From Polyangiales bacterium (lineage in GTDB: Bacteria > Myxococcota_A > Polyangia > Polyangiales > Ga0077539), in NCBI GenBank assembly GCA_041389825.1, contig JAWKRC010000007.1, forward strand, positions 61,093-125,092: a stretch of DNA of 64,000 nucleotides, read 5' to 3'. This document shows positions 8,051 to 18,400 of the stretch, piece by piece. Position 1 is the first letter of the stretch; every line of letters starts with the position of its first letter. The notes below the pieces were generated by a model, which made no database searches, had not been told where the DNA came from, and saw nothing but the letters and a program-made list of their open reading frames with translations. Position numbers and translations under genes: made by a program.

Positions 8051-9433
8051 TCACAGTTGAAACCGCCGTCGCCGAAGCCCGATGGCGAGGCCCACCGCGA
8101 CCAGGCTCAGCCACGGCCCGACGCGCGTAGCGCGGGGCGTCGCGCGGCAGTCGCACGACGACGTTGCTGGGGGCGCCACCACGCCCGCGTCGCGCGCGCC
8201 CACGTCGATCACCGCGGGGACGTCTTCCGCGGGAGCGAGGTCGGGGGTCGGGGCGACGTCCGTCGGCGCGGTGTCGTCCTCCACCGCGGCGTCGCGCAGG
8301 CCCGCGTCGGGCGGGGGCTCGGGGTCGGTGAGCATCGACTGGAGCAGCGGCCACCGCTCGACGCAGATCGCGGCGCCCTCGTCGCGCGAGGCGCACTCCG
8401 GCGGGCCGGCGACCTCGCTGAAGCGCAGGACGGGCGTGAAGGTCGCGCCGCCGTCCATCGACCGACCGAGCGCCCAGGGCTGCGAGATCCAGTCGGTGCA
8501 GGCCCACAGCGCGCCCGCGTGCTGCCGCAGGCAGAGCGTGGGGAGCGGGTTCACGCGCTCGAAGCTCTCTCCGCCGTCGGTGGAGCGGTACAGGCCCTCG
8601 GCCTGCGAGCCGTACCAGACCGTGCGACCGTCGTCGCTGATGGCGAAGCCGAGCATCGCGTCGCGGGTGGTGGCGACGCGGTGAAAGCTCGCGCCGCCGT
8701 CGGTGGAGCGCAGGAGGTCTGAGCCGAAGCCCACCACCGCGCGCACGAAGAGGGCGTCGGGGTTCGTCGGGTCGACGCCGCTCACGTAGGCGCCGTCTCC
8801 GAGCAGAGACTCGGGCACCGTGAGCGCGCGCACGGTGTCTCCGCCGTCGTCGCTGCGCAGGAGCCTCGGGACGCGCGTGGTGTCTTCGACCGCCGAGAGG
8901 TACACGCGACGCGCGTCGCTCGGCGCGACCTCGACGGTGGCGAAGCGCATCCCGGCGAGGGGCGCGCCCACGCGCGAGAGCTCTAGGTCGACGCCGCCGC
9001 GCAGCACGTACGAGGGAGAGCCCGCGGTGCTCTCGACGCCATAGAGCGTGTCTCCCGAGGGCGTCGCGGCGAGGTCGATGACGTCGTGGTCGGCCGTCGC
9101 GGCCTGCCGGCGCACCGCGCACCCGTCGGTGAAGGAGTGCACGCCGCTCTCGAAGGAGAGCGCCACGCGGCCCTCGGCGGTGACCTCGACGGCGGGGTCG
9201 ACCATCAGCCCCGGCACGTAGGGGAAGAACATCGAGTCTTCGCAGACCCAGTGGAAGGTCGCCCCCGCGTCGCGGCTCACGAGCAGGCCGAAGGTCGTTC
9301 GCAGCACCACCACGTCGGAGCGCGCGCCGGGCCCGAGCACCACCTGCTGCGCGAAGGGGAAGCGCCCGTTCGCGCGAGCCCTCACCGGGAGGAGCGCGAG
9401 GCCGAGGGCGAGCGCCACGGAACGCAGGGTCAT
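8051..9433 (-). CDS. Exported BNR/Ycf48-like repeat protein with a MYXO-CTERM sorting signal.
   Basis: A signal peptide is present. Repeated S.DGG.(S/T)(F/V) motifs occur (SDDGGDTV, STDGGASF, STDGGESF, SMDGGATF). The C-terminus is SSCDCRATPRATRVGPWLSLVAVGLAIGLRRRR. Confidence 0.8.
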   Translation of the reverse strand: MTLRSVALALGLALLPVRARANGRFPFAQQVVLGPGARSDVVVLRTTFGLLVSRDAGATFHWVCEDSMFFPYVPGLMVDPAVEVTAEGRVALSFESGVHSFTDGCAVRRQAATADHDVIDLAATPSGDTLYGVESTAGSPSYVLRGGVDLELSRVGAPLAGMRFATVEVAPSDARRVYLSAVEDTTRVPRLLRSDDGGDTVRALTVPESLLGDGAYVSGVDPTNPDALFVRAVVGFGSDLLRSTDGGASFHRVATTRDAMLGFAISDDGRTVWYGSQAEGLYRSTDGGESFERVNPLPTLCLRQHAGALWACTDWISQPWALGRSMDGGATFTPVLRFSEVAGPPECASRDEGAAICVERWPLLQSMLTDPEPPPDAGLRDAAVEDDTAPTDVAPTPDLAPAEDVPAVIDVGARDAGVVAPPATSSCDCRATPRATRVGPWLSLVAVGLAIGLRRRRFQL

Positions 9434-9513
9434 CGCCTCGGTGCCGTAGGTGATCCGCGCGCGGGATTCAACCGCCCCGACGCGACGGCGGTCTTGGGTA
9501 CACTGCCGCGGTC

Positions 9514-10296
9514 ATGGAAGCGCCCGCGCACGAGCTCGTTGGGGAGGGGCCCACGGTGGTCCTCCTTCACTCGTTCCCCCTCGACCGCGGGATGTGGACG
9601 CGGCAGCTCGGCGCGCTCTCGGCCGCGGGCTTCAGGGTCGTCGCGCCCGACCTCCCGGGCTTCGGCGCGACCCCCACGCCCACGGGAGACGCGCCCTCCC
9701 TCGACGCCTACGTCGCCTCGGTGGTCGCGCTCCTCGACGCGATCGACGCGCGACGTCCGCTCGTGCTCGGGCTCTCGCTCGGCGGCTACGTCGCCCTTCG
9801 CCTCGCGGCGCTCCACCCCGACCGCGTGGGGGCCCTCGTCCTCGCCGACACGCGCGCGGCGGCAGACAACCCCGAGGTGCGCGCGAGCCGCGTGGTGAAC
9901 CTCTCGCTGGTGCGCTCGAAGGGGGCGGGCGCGCTGATCCGCAAGATGCTCCCGATGGTGCTCTCGGGTTCGGCCCCCGAGTCGGTGCAGTCCGCGGTGA
10001 CCGCTCTCGGTGAGAAGCAGTCCGCCGAGGGGGTGTCGTACGCGCTCCTCGCGATGCGCGACCGCCACGACGGCACCGACGCGCTGCCCTCGATCAAGGC
10101 CCCGACGCTCTGCCTCGTGGGAGACGGCGACAAGGTCACGCCCCCCGACGAGATGCGCGCGATGGCCGACGCGATCCCCGGCGCGCGCTACGTCGAGCTC
10201 GCCGGGGCGGGGCACCTGTCGAACTTCGACGCGCCCGAGGGCTTCGACCGCGAGGTCGTTCGGTTCGCGAACGACCACCGCGCAGACTTCACCTGA
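9514..10296 (+). CDS. Alpha/beta hydrolase fold protein (3-oxoadipate enol-lactonase-like).
   Basis: HSFPLD ... GLSLGGYVAL nucleophile elbow (GxSxG). 260 aa. Confidence 0.85.
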   Translation: MEAPAHELVGEGPTVVLLHSFPLDRGMWTRQLGALSAAGFRVVAPDLPGFGATPTPTGDAPSLDAYVASVVALLDAIDARRPLVLGLSLGGYVALRLAALHPDRVGALVLADTRAAADNPEVRASRVVNLSLVRSKGAGALIRKMLPMVLSGSAPESVQSAVTALGEKQSAEGVSYALLAMRDRHDGTDALPSIKAPTLCLVGDGDKVTPPDEMRAMADAIPGARYVELAGAGHLSNFDAPEGFDREVVRFANDHRADFT

Positions 10297-11620
10297 TCGG
10301 GCGGGCGCGGTCGGCGATGAAGCGCTCGAGGGCCGCTCGCTCCTCGGACGTGATCCCGTAGAGCGCGCACACCCGCGCCTCCACCGCGGCGACGCGCTCC
10401 GGCGTCGGGCCGTCGATGGTGAGGGACCGCACCATCTCCGTGACGCCGTCGCGGAGGGAGTCGTCGGGAGGCGCGGGCAGCGCGCGGAGGTGCGCGACCT
10501 TCACCTGCGGGAAGGCGGCCTGACGTCCGTCGCGGCGAGAGGCGAGGTGCAGCGCGCGGAGGGGAGCGCTGTTGAGGCAGGCCACGGCGAGCGCGGGGTC
10601 GGCCCCGTCGAGGGCGAAGCCCGCGAGGAGCGAGTTGCGGAAGGGCGACGGGTCACGGTGGAGCGCCGCGATGGGGAAGGCCGCCGTCTGCCGCACCACG
10701 AAGGCCACGGCGCGCCACGCCTCGGGAGGGCGCATCCGCGCGCGCGCGGCGCGCAGCGCGACGGGGTCGGGGTCGAGCCACCGACGCGCGGGGCCGACGC
10801 GGTACGGGGTCACGTCCTTTCCCTCGCGTAAGGGGACGGTGTGGCGCTCCGAGGGCGCGTCGGCGATCAGCGCGCGCACCGCGGGGCTGGTCTGCACGCC
10901 CACGTCGCTGAAGGTCTCAGGCGCGAAGCGAGGGAGGGCCGCGAGGCGCGCGAGGCACCGCGGGGGTTCGACCACCACGGCCTCGACGCCCGCGCGTCGG
11001 CGCTCGCGCAGCGTCCACGGTCGCGGGTCGGGGGGCGCGTCGCGGCGCGCCCCGAGCATGGCGAAGCAGGGCTGCACCACACCCTCGAAGACGTCGGGGC
11101 CGAACTCCTCCATGGGCTCGGCCAGCGCGACCCGGGCGCTCACCGCGCGACGCACGGGCGCGTAGCCGTCGAGGTCGGCCATCGCCGACGGGAGCAGCAA
11201 GGCCACCACGCCGCCCGGCGTGAGGAGCGCGGTGGCGCGGTCGGCGAAGGCCCCGTGCAGCGTGGGGTATCCGCCGAAGCCCTCGTAGCGCGCGCGCAGC
11301 GCTTCGCGGCGCGCGAGGGAGATGGGGCGCGAGGCGCGACCCGCGTAGGCGACCCAGGGGGGGTTGCCCACCACGAGGTCGGCCGGGTCGAGCGCGAGGT
11401 CGAGGGCGTCGCCCACCGTCACCGCAGAGAGCGCCGCGGGCGGGGGCTCCCGCGCGCCCGAGGCGAGCCAGAGCGAGAGGCGCGCGGCGTGGGCGGCCTC
11501 GGGGTCGAGGTCGACGCCGCGGAGGCGCGCGAGGGCATCGTTCGTAGACCCAACGATCTCCGCGAGGGCGCGCATCGCCGCGACGAGGAAGACGCCCGCG
11601 CCGCAGGCCGGGTCGAGCAC
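10289..11620 (-). CDS. N6-adenine DNA methyltransferase (gamma class, Eco57I/TaqI-like). The true N-terminus extends upstream to about 11850 but has no canonical start codon.
   Basis: Motif I is VLDPACGAGVFL. Motif IV is GNPPW. Motif X (GRWFTPRTIAAHLV) lies upstream of the first GTG (11620), in an open frame with high GC3 that runs to a stop at about 11933 without ATG/GTG/TTG. Confidence 0.7.
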   Translation of the reverse strand: MLDPACGAGVFLVAAMRALAEIVGSTNDALARLRGVDLDPEAAHAARLSLWLASGAREPPPAALSAVTVGDALDLALDPADLVVGNPPWVAYAGRASRPISLARREALRARYEGFGGYPTLHGAFADRATALLTPGGVVALLLPSAMADLDGYAPVRRAVSARVALAEPMEEFGPDVFEGVVQPCFAMLGARRDAPPDPRPWTLRERRRAGVEAVVVEPPRCLARLAALPRFAPETFSDVGVQTSPAVRALIADAPSERHTVPLREGKDVTPYRVGPARRWLDPDPVALRAARARMRPPEAWRAVAFVVRQTAAFPIAALHRDPSPFRNSLLAGFALDGADPALAVACLNSAPLRALHLASRRDGRQAAFPQVKVAHLRALPAPPDDSLRDGVTEMVRSLTIDGPTPERVAAVEARVCALYGITSEERAALERFIADRARPIR

Positions 11621-11971
11621 GGTGGGGGCAGCGCCGCGCCAGCGTGAGAGGGCCTCGCGGACGAGGTGCGCCGCGATCGTTCGCGGGGTGAACCATCGGC
11701 CGGCGTCCTCGCGCGCGCCGTCGCGGAGGCGCTCGAAGGCCGGGCCGAGGGCGTCGGCGTCGAGGGCGGGGACGTCGAGCGTGAGCGCGGGGTCGACCGA
11801 GGGAAGGTTGTCGCCGAACCATCGTCGGGCGTCGGCGGCGGTGGGTCGCTCGTGGCCGCGGCGCGCGCGGCGGAGAGGGTGAGCGAGAGCCGGAGCGCCT
11901 CGGTCGGAGGGACGCCCTCGGCGACGAGCCGGTCACGCGCGCGGGGTCGAGCGGGTGCGGGGCGCGGCGCT

Positions 11972-12277
11972 TCACGGGGCGCGGCGCTGCTTGCGCTGGA
12001 GCGAGGCGATGCGGGCGTCGATGGCGTCGAGGCGCGTGGTGCGAAAGGCCCGGTCGAGCAGGCGAGAGCCGATGAAGAGGAAGGCCACCGCGAAGAGGAA
12101 GCCCCACTGCCGCGGCAGGCCGACGGCTTCTTGCAGGAGCACGCCGAGGCCGAGGCCCAGGCCGAAGGCGGCGAGGGTCACGGGGATGAGCACGTTGGTG
12201 CGGTGGGCCTCCCACCAGGTGATGCGCTTGAAGAGGCGCTCGCGCTCGTCGCGCAGGCGGGAGAGTTCGTCGTCCAT
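11972..12277 (-). CDS. Small membrane protein (N-terminal coiled segment plus two TM helices).
   Basis: 101 aa. Coding-like codon usage. Hydrophobic segments are VLIPVTLAAFGLGLGLGVLL and FLFAVAFLFIG. Confidence 0.55.
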   Translation of the reverse strand: MDDELSRLRDERERLFKRITWWEAHRTNVLIPVTLAAFGLGLGLGVLLQEAVGLPRQWGFLFAVAFLFIGSRLLDRAFRTTRLDAIDARIASLQRKQRRAP

Positions 12278-12323
12278 CGCGTCGTGGCCTTCGGGGCCGC
12301 GAGCATAGGCGCGCTCGGGGGGA

Positions 12324-13634
12324 TCAGCGAGCGCGGTCGATGCACCGCCGGGTGCTCTGCCCCGCGGCGTTGGCGAGGGCCCCCGCGGGCCACGCGAGCA
12401 CGAAGTTGAAGCACATCTCGTCTTCGGTGCGCTCGCCGAAGAAGACCGTCGCGCTGCTGACGTTGTCGTAGCGGCAGACCGTGCGGAGGCGGTCTCCGGG
12501 CATGATGACCAGGTCGGAGGGTCGGCTCACCTGCGCGTCGAAGGAGTAGTCGGTGACGTCGGTGAGCGTGTCCATCCGGGCGGCGGAGCCTCCGCGGTGG
12601 ACCTCGCTGCGCAGGGCCGTCCCGTTGCGGTGCATGTGCGCGGTCGACCCGAGCACGTGGATGGGCTCGGTGGCGGCGGGCGTGCACCAGCCCTCGGTCT
12701 CGTAGCCCGTCGACCGCGGAGGGATCGCGATGTTGAGCGTGCCGAGCCAGTGGACGGCCGCGGTGTGCGGGCGGGGCGCGTCGGTGGTGCACATCTCGAT
12801 GCCGCTCGCGTCGTCGGCCGCGTCGAGGGTGTTGTTCCAGTAGTGGGTCTGGAGGATGAACCACTCGCCCTCGCCGGGGAGCTCGAGGCCCACGTCGGAG
12901 GGGAGCACCGTGCCCTGGTTGCCGGGCGCCCATCCCGCGATGAAGCGCGCGTCGCGGGGCATGTTGCCGTCGCAGTCGAAGACCTCTCCCGCGGCGGGGC
13001 GAGACGCGGTGGAGAAGAGGATGAGGTGGTGCAGCACCCTGGCGTTGTCGACGCGCGCGGCGAAGGCCGTGGCCTGCTGCGCGCCGCGGAAGGGCGACTG
13101 GAACGCGAAGCAGCGGTTGAGGTTCCCCGCGGCGCCGGGGACGGTGTAGCGGTCGGCGACGGTGGGGCCGTGCGCGAGGAAGGCGCGGCGCTCGCTCGGC
13201 GCGCAGGGGAGCCGGTCGGCGGGGCTCTCGACCGCGTCGGGCCCCGTCATGCTCCCGCAGTCGGAGCCCGTACAGCCGGGCGCGCCCGCGGCGATCCAGC
13301 GGTCGAAGGTCGCGAGGTCAGCCTCGGACAAGCGCGCGGGCGGCATCGGCCGCACGGGGTCGTGGACGCGCTCGCCCATGAGGTTCCACACCTGCCGGGC
13401 GGGGGCGCTCGCGGCGGGACGTCGCGTGTCGTCCCATCGGGCGAGCGACATCGGCGCGCCGTAGCGCGGCGTGGCCGCGTGGCACGAGACGCAGTTGCCC
13501 TCGATGATCCGCGCGATCTCGAGCGGGTACGACATCCCGCTGCCGGGGTCGGTCGGCGCCGCGCCGTCGCCCGAGCAGCCCAGGGTGGTCGACGCCGCGA
13601 GCACGATCGCGGCGCGGAGGAAATCGTTTCGCAT
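12324..13634 (-). CDS. Lipoprotein combining a c-type heme motif with a copper type II ascorbate-dependent monooxygenase-like (PHM/DBH-like) domain.
   Basis: The signal is MRNDFLRAAIVLAASTTLGC (lipobox). A CVSCH (CxxCH) motif is present. The CuH-like site is HH...(63 aa)...H (VLHHLILF ... LQTHYW). The CuM-like site is HMH...(about 75 aa)...M in a DEMCF context (cf. PHM DEMCN). Confidence 0.7.
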   Translation of the reverse strand: MRNDFLRAAIVLAASTTLGCSGDGAAPTDPGSGMSYPLEIARIIEGNCVSCHAATPRYGAPMSLARWDDTRRPAASAPARQVWNLMGERVHDPVRPMPPARLSEADLATFDRWIAAGAPGCTGSDCGSMTGPDAVESPADRLPCAPSERRAFLAHGPTVADRYTVPGAAGNLNRCFAFQSPFRGAQQATAFAARVDNARVLHHLILFSTASRPAAGEVFDCDGNMPRDARFIAGWAPGNQGTVLPSDVGLELPGEGEWFILQTHYWNNTLDAADDASGIEMCTTDAPRPHTAAVHWLGTLNIAIPPRSTGYETEGWCTPAATEPIHVLGSTAHMHRNGTALRSEVHRGGSAARMDTLTDVTDYSFDAQVSRPSDLVIMPGDRLRTVCRYDNVSSATVFFGERTEDEMCFNFVLAWPAGALANAAGQSTRRCIDRAR

Positions 13635-13660
13635 CGTCGGCCTCATGGGTGAAGGGGGCG

Positions 13661-14320
13661 TCATTGCACGCGGCGAAGGTCGAAGATCAGCGCGGCCTGG
13701 AGCGGGGCCGCGCCGAGGTAGACGAAGAGCCGCGCGCGGTCGGCCGCGTCGCGGGAGAAGGCGAAGCCCGAGGGGCCGGCCATCGCGCCCATGCCGAGGG
13801 TGCCGCTCATCGTGGTGCACTCGGGGGTGAGGGTGAGGCGCTCGCCCTGCACGGTGAACGCGCCGCGGCCGCCGAGGCGCGAGGGCCGCGGCACGGGCCC
13901 GGCCATGACGGTGTTCACGCGGATCACCAGGTCGGAGAGGAGCCGATAGCGACCGGCGGAGAAGTCTCCCCACGCGACGCCGCTGAGCTCGGAGCCGCTC
14001 TCGTCGAGCTGACCGCGCGCGACCTCGGGGAACCACAGGGTCGCCCCGTCGGCCACCCAGCGCCCCTCGGGGTCGCCGCCCGAGGGCGTGGGGATCACGG
14101 CGCCTGCGTCTCCGCCCGCGATGCGGACCGCGCCCGTGAAGGTGGGCGTGGTGGGCGGATCGCCGAGGTCGCACGCGGCGGCGTCGGCGCCCGCGTCGGT
14201 CTCGGCCGCGACGTCGCTCGCGACGTCAGTGAGGGCGCCCGCGTCGGAGGGCGCGTTGGAGTCGTCGCCGCACGCGCCGAGGAGGAGCGCGAGAGGAACC
14301 CACCGAACGGATCGCGTCAC
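13661..14320 (-). CDS. Lipoprotein of unknown function, directly upstream of the Cu-monooxygenase-like gene.
   Basis: The GTG start gives VTRSVRWVPLALLLGACGDD (lipobox). About 220 aa. The upstream part of the ORF is Arg-rich junk. Confidence 0.55.
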   Translation of the reverse strand: MTRSVRWVPLALLLGACGDDSNAPSDAGALTDVASDVAAETDAGADAAACDLGDPPTTPTFTGAVRIAGGDAGAVIPTPSGGDPEGRWVADGATLWFPEVARGQLDESGSELSGVAWGDFSAGRYRLLSDLVIRVNTVMAGPVPRPSRLGGRGAFTVQGERLTLTPECTTMSGTLGMGAMAGPSGFAFSRDAADRARLFVYLGAAPLQAALIFDLRRVQ

Positions 14321-14477
14321 GCGGAGGGTGTTACCAAGAGTCGGGCCGACGCGCGTGGGGCGAGCGCGCGGCACTGACGGCGCGAGGGGCGCTGTCGACG
14401 GCAGGCCGCAGGTGTCGCGCGCGGTGCTCGGGGCTGAGGGGTGGAAGACCCGGCGCGGTGGCCCTACGGTCGCGCGT

Positions 14478-15365
14478 ATGACGAGGCGGGTGCTGGTCGC
14501 GGGCGCGTCGGGCGCGCTCGGTCGACGGGTGACCCTCGCGGCGCGCGCCGCGGGGTGGGCGGTGCGGGCCCTGGTGCGTGACCCGGCGAGGCTGCGCGAC
14601 GCCGCCGACGCGGTGGACGAGGTGCGCCAGGGAGACGCGCTGAGGCCCGACACCCTCGCGGGGCTCTGCGACGGGGTCGACGCGGTGTTCTCCTGCGTGG
14701 GCGCGTCGGTGTCGGGCGAGCTCGGCGCGGGGCGGGCGACCTACCGCGACGTGGACATCCCCGCGAACGCGAACCTCATCGCCGAGGCGAAGCGCGCGGG
14801 GGTCGGCCGCTTCGTCTACACCGCCGTCTGGAACCGCGACCCGGCCGTCGCCGCGACCGCGTACGTCTCCGCGCACGACGCCGTGGTCGACGCGTTGCGC
14901 GCGAGCGGGCTGTCGTACTCCGCGATCCGCCCGGTGGGCTTCTTCTCGATCTACGACCAGATCCTCGCGATGATCGCCGCGGGCAAGCCCGTGCCCCTCG
15001 TCGGAGACGGCTCGCCCCGCACCAACCCCGTGAGCGACGACGACCTGGGCGAGCTCGCCGTGCGGCTCCTCGACGGCGGCGACCCGGAGGTCGACGCGGG
15101 CGGGCCCGAGACCCTCACCCGCGCGGAGATCCTCGACCGCTGCTTCGGCGCGCTCGACAGACCCTCGAAGCCCCTCAAGATGCCCGCCTGGGCGATGCGC
15201 GCGTCGGCGGTGGCCCTGTGGCCCATCAGCCCGCGCATGGCCGACTTCACCCGCTTCGTCGCCGAGGTCTACACCCGCGACGTGATCGCGCCCTCCGTCG
15301 GAGAGCGCGGACTCGACGACCACCTCGCGGCGGCGGCCGCGCGGATCAAGAGCTCACGCGGGTAG
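14478..15365 (+). CDS. NAD(P)-binding NmrA/SDR-family protein.
   Basis: Carries VLVAGASGALGRRV (GxxGxxG Rossmann motif). 295 aa. Confidence 0.8.
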   Translation: MTRRVLVAGASGALGRRVTLAARAAGWAVRALVRDPARLRDAADAVDEVRQGDALRPDTLAGLCDGVDAVFSCVGASVSGELGAGRATYRDVDIPANANLIAEAKRAGVGRFVYTAVWNRDPAVAATAYVSAHDAVVDALRASGLSYSAIRPVGFFSIYDQILAMIAAGKPVPLVGDGSPRTNPVSDDDLGELAVRLLDGGDPEVDAGGPETLTRAEILDRCFGALDRPSKPLKMPAWAMRASAVALWPISPRMADFTRFVAEVYTRDVIAPSVGERGLDDHLAAAAARIKSSRG

Positions 15366-15484
15366 CACGCAGCGGGTGAGCCGCTCGGCGTTCACGACGC
15401 CCTGCGCGGCCATGTACGCCTCGGCGCTCGCGACCGCCGCGCGACCCGCGGCGCCGCCCTCGAGGCGCCCCGCCCTCGCCCGCG

Positions 15485-18400
15485 TCACCGCCGCGAAGAG
15501 GGCCATCTCGGCCGCGTCGAAGCCGCCGTCGCGCGGCGCAGCGACGCGAGACCGGCCTCGCTCCTCCCCTGCTGGAGCGCGACCCCCGCGCGCAGGAGCT
15601 CGGCGAGCGGCGCGGCCCACGCGAGGGTGCTCTCGTCGATGACCTTCGCGTCGTCGAGCGCGCGCGCGTGGAGCGACGGCGCGTCGAGCCCCGACGCGCG
15701 GGAGGCCACCGCAGCGAGCGCCGCGCGGCCACGGAGCTGGTGGAGCTCGACCCGCGCGCACTCCAGCCGGAGGAGCTGGGCCGACCCGAGGCCCTCCCAC
15801 TCGGCGTCGACGGCGCGGAGCGCGCGGGCGCCCTCTCCGTCGTAGAGCTCGGCCTGCGTGGCGGCGACGAGGTGCTGGTAGCGCTGGAGGTTCCACGCGC
15901 CGGGGGGCCAGGTGGCCTTCACCCGCTCGGCGAGGGCGCGCCACTCGTCGGCGCGGTCGAGGGCGAGCCAGCGCAGCGCCTGCTCGCCGAGCACGTAGCC
16001 GCCCGCGGCGAAGAGGTCTTCGCGGTCTTCAGCCTCGCGCAGCGCGCGCGTGAGGCGCGACGAGAGCTCGGTGAGCCGCCCCATGAGCGCGAGCGACGAG
16101 AGGGCGTAGATCTCCGATGTGGCGACCTCCCACGCGACGCCGCGGCACGCGCTGCGCCACAGGTCCGCGGCTGCGACGCACTCGTCGTGGGCCGAGCGCC
16201 AGCGCGACTCGAACCACGCCGTCGTCCCCCGCGCCATGCGCGCCCACGCGCGGTCGTAGACCGAGCCCGTGCGCGACGCCACGCCGTCGACCACGTCGAG
16301 GATCTTTCGCGCGCGACCGCGGAAGAACGCTCCGCCCACCGAGGCCTCGGAGGTGGCCTCGTACCCGAGGGCGCGCACCGCGCGGGAGGGGTCGCCGATC
16401 TCAAGGGTCGCGGCGAGGTGCTGCACGCCGAGCGCGTCGGCGAAGGCAGGCTGCACCATCGAGTAGCTCACGACCCCCGTCCACATCGCGTCGAGCCGTC
16501 GCAGCGCTCGCCCGACCCGCCACCCCCGCGAGCGCCGCGCCGCGCGGCGTCGAGGGGAGCGACACCCCCGCCGCGTCGAGCACCTCGCGCATCACCCGCA
16601 TCCCCTCGACGTAGCGGCCCGAGCACACGAAGCGCTCCGCCGCGCGACGTCGCAGGTCCATCACCATCGGGTCCGCGGGGCGGGTCTGCGCGAGCGCGGC
16701 GGCGGCCTCCATGAACGCCTGGGCGGCCTCTCCGCCCCTGCCCGCGGAGGTGAGCGCCTCGGCGAGCCGCGTGAGCACCTCGTCGCGGCGGACCGACTTG
16801 TGCGGCGCGCGCAGCGCCACGCGGTAGAGCGAGGCCGCGTGGTCGAAGGCTAGGGCCTCGGCCGCCCTCTCGGCGGCGGGCAGCGCGTAGCGGGCCGCGC
16901 GGTCGTCGTCGCCCGCGCCCACGAGGTGCAGCACCAGCGCGTCGAGGTCGTCGCTCTTCTGGTCGAGCAGGGCGTCGGCGAGACGTCGGTGCGCGTCGCG
17001 GCGCACGGCCTCTCCGCCCGCGGCGAGGATCGCCTCGCGCACGCGGTCGTGCCGGGTCTCGACCGCGGGCTGACCGTCGACGGGCGACAGGCGCAGGAGC
17101 CCCGCGCCCACGAGCCGGGTGACCTCGCGACGTCCCCACTCGCCCATGCTCGCCGCGCGCAGGAGCGTGCGCCGCTCGACGGCCGCGCCCGCGACGGCGG
17201 CGAGCGTGAGGAGCCGCTGCGCGTCGGGGTCGAGGGCGTCGATGCGCCGGCGCACCACGTCGCCGAGCCGAGGGGCGGTCGCGCCGCCGGACTCTTGAAG
17301 GTCTTGCGCGAGCTGGAGCACGAAGAAGGGCGAGCCGCCCGACTCGCGCGCGACGAGCTCGGCGAGCCTGCGGGCCTCGTCGGTGTCAGCGCCGAGGGCC
17401 CTCGCCGCGAGCGCCTCGGCCTCGCGCGGAGGGAGCTGCCCCACCCGCAGCTCGCGCCGGCCCGGGAGCGCGTCGAGGGCCTTGAGGAGGGCGGAGTCGT
17501 CGCGGCGCTCGCTCTGGTAGCTCACCACGAGGAGCAGCGGCGGGGCGTCGTCGCGCGCGAAGAGCTCCTTCGCGAGCGCGGCGCTGTCGGCGTCGGCCCA
17601 CTGGGCGTCGTCGATCCACACCACGAGCGGGGCCGCGCGGGCGACGGAGGCGAGCACGGCGCGCAGGGCCTCGAAGCCGACCTGACGCAGCGCGCGCGAG
17701 TCGACCTCGTCGGGGCGCGGCGGCACCGCCGTCGCGGGCAGCGCGCGAGAGAGCACGGGGAACACCCGGAGCAGCGCCTGCCGGTCGGGCTCGGCGAGGG
17801 CCTCGATGGCCGAGGGCTCGCGCACGAGATCGGCTGAGCGCGTCGACCACGCCGTCGAAGGCCCGGTACGCGACGGACTCCTGCGGCAGGCAGCGGCCGC
17901 GGAGCACCAGCGAGGGCGGCGCGCGCTCGACGCTGGTGATGAAGCGGCGCACGAGCTCGGTCTTGCCCGAGCCCGACACGCCCTCGACGCACACGAGCGT
18001 GAAGGCGCCCTCGCGCGCCGCGGGTAGGCCGCGTCGAGGGCCGCGAGCTCGTCGGCGCGGCCCACGAAGGGGGCTCGGCCGAGGGTCTTCGGGGAGACGC
18101 GTCGGCCGGGGGCGCGTCACGCAGACGGCGCAGCACCTCGCGCGTCGGGTCGGCGCGCGGGGTCGGGGTGCAGGAGGGCGCGTACCAGCTCGTCGTAGCG
18201 GCGCGGGAGCGCGGGGTGCATCTCGGCGGGCGAGGCGAAGCGCGCGGCGCGCTGGAGCGCGAGCACCTCGTCGCGCGTGCCGGTGAAGGGGAGGGCGCCC
18301 GTGAGGGCCTCGTAGAGGACGACGCCGAGGGCGTACCAGTCCGACGCGGGGGTGAGCGCGAGGCCCTGGGCCTGCTCGGGGGACATGTACACGCCCGTGC

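Noticed and set aside
10917-12215. 432-aa ORF on the minus strand overlapping the methyltransferase 5' region.
   Set aside because: Pro/Arg-rich junk frame. The methyltransferase motif X is in a different frame.
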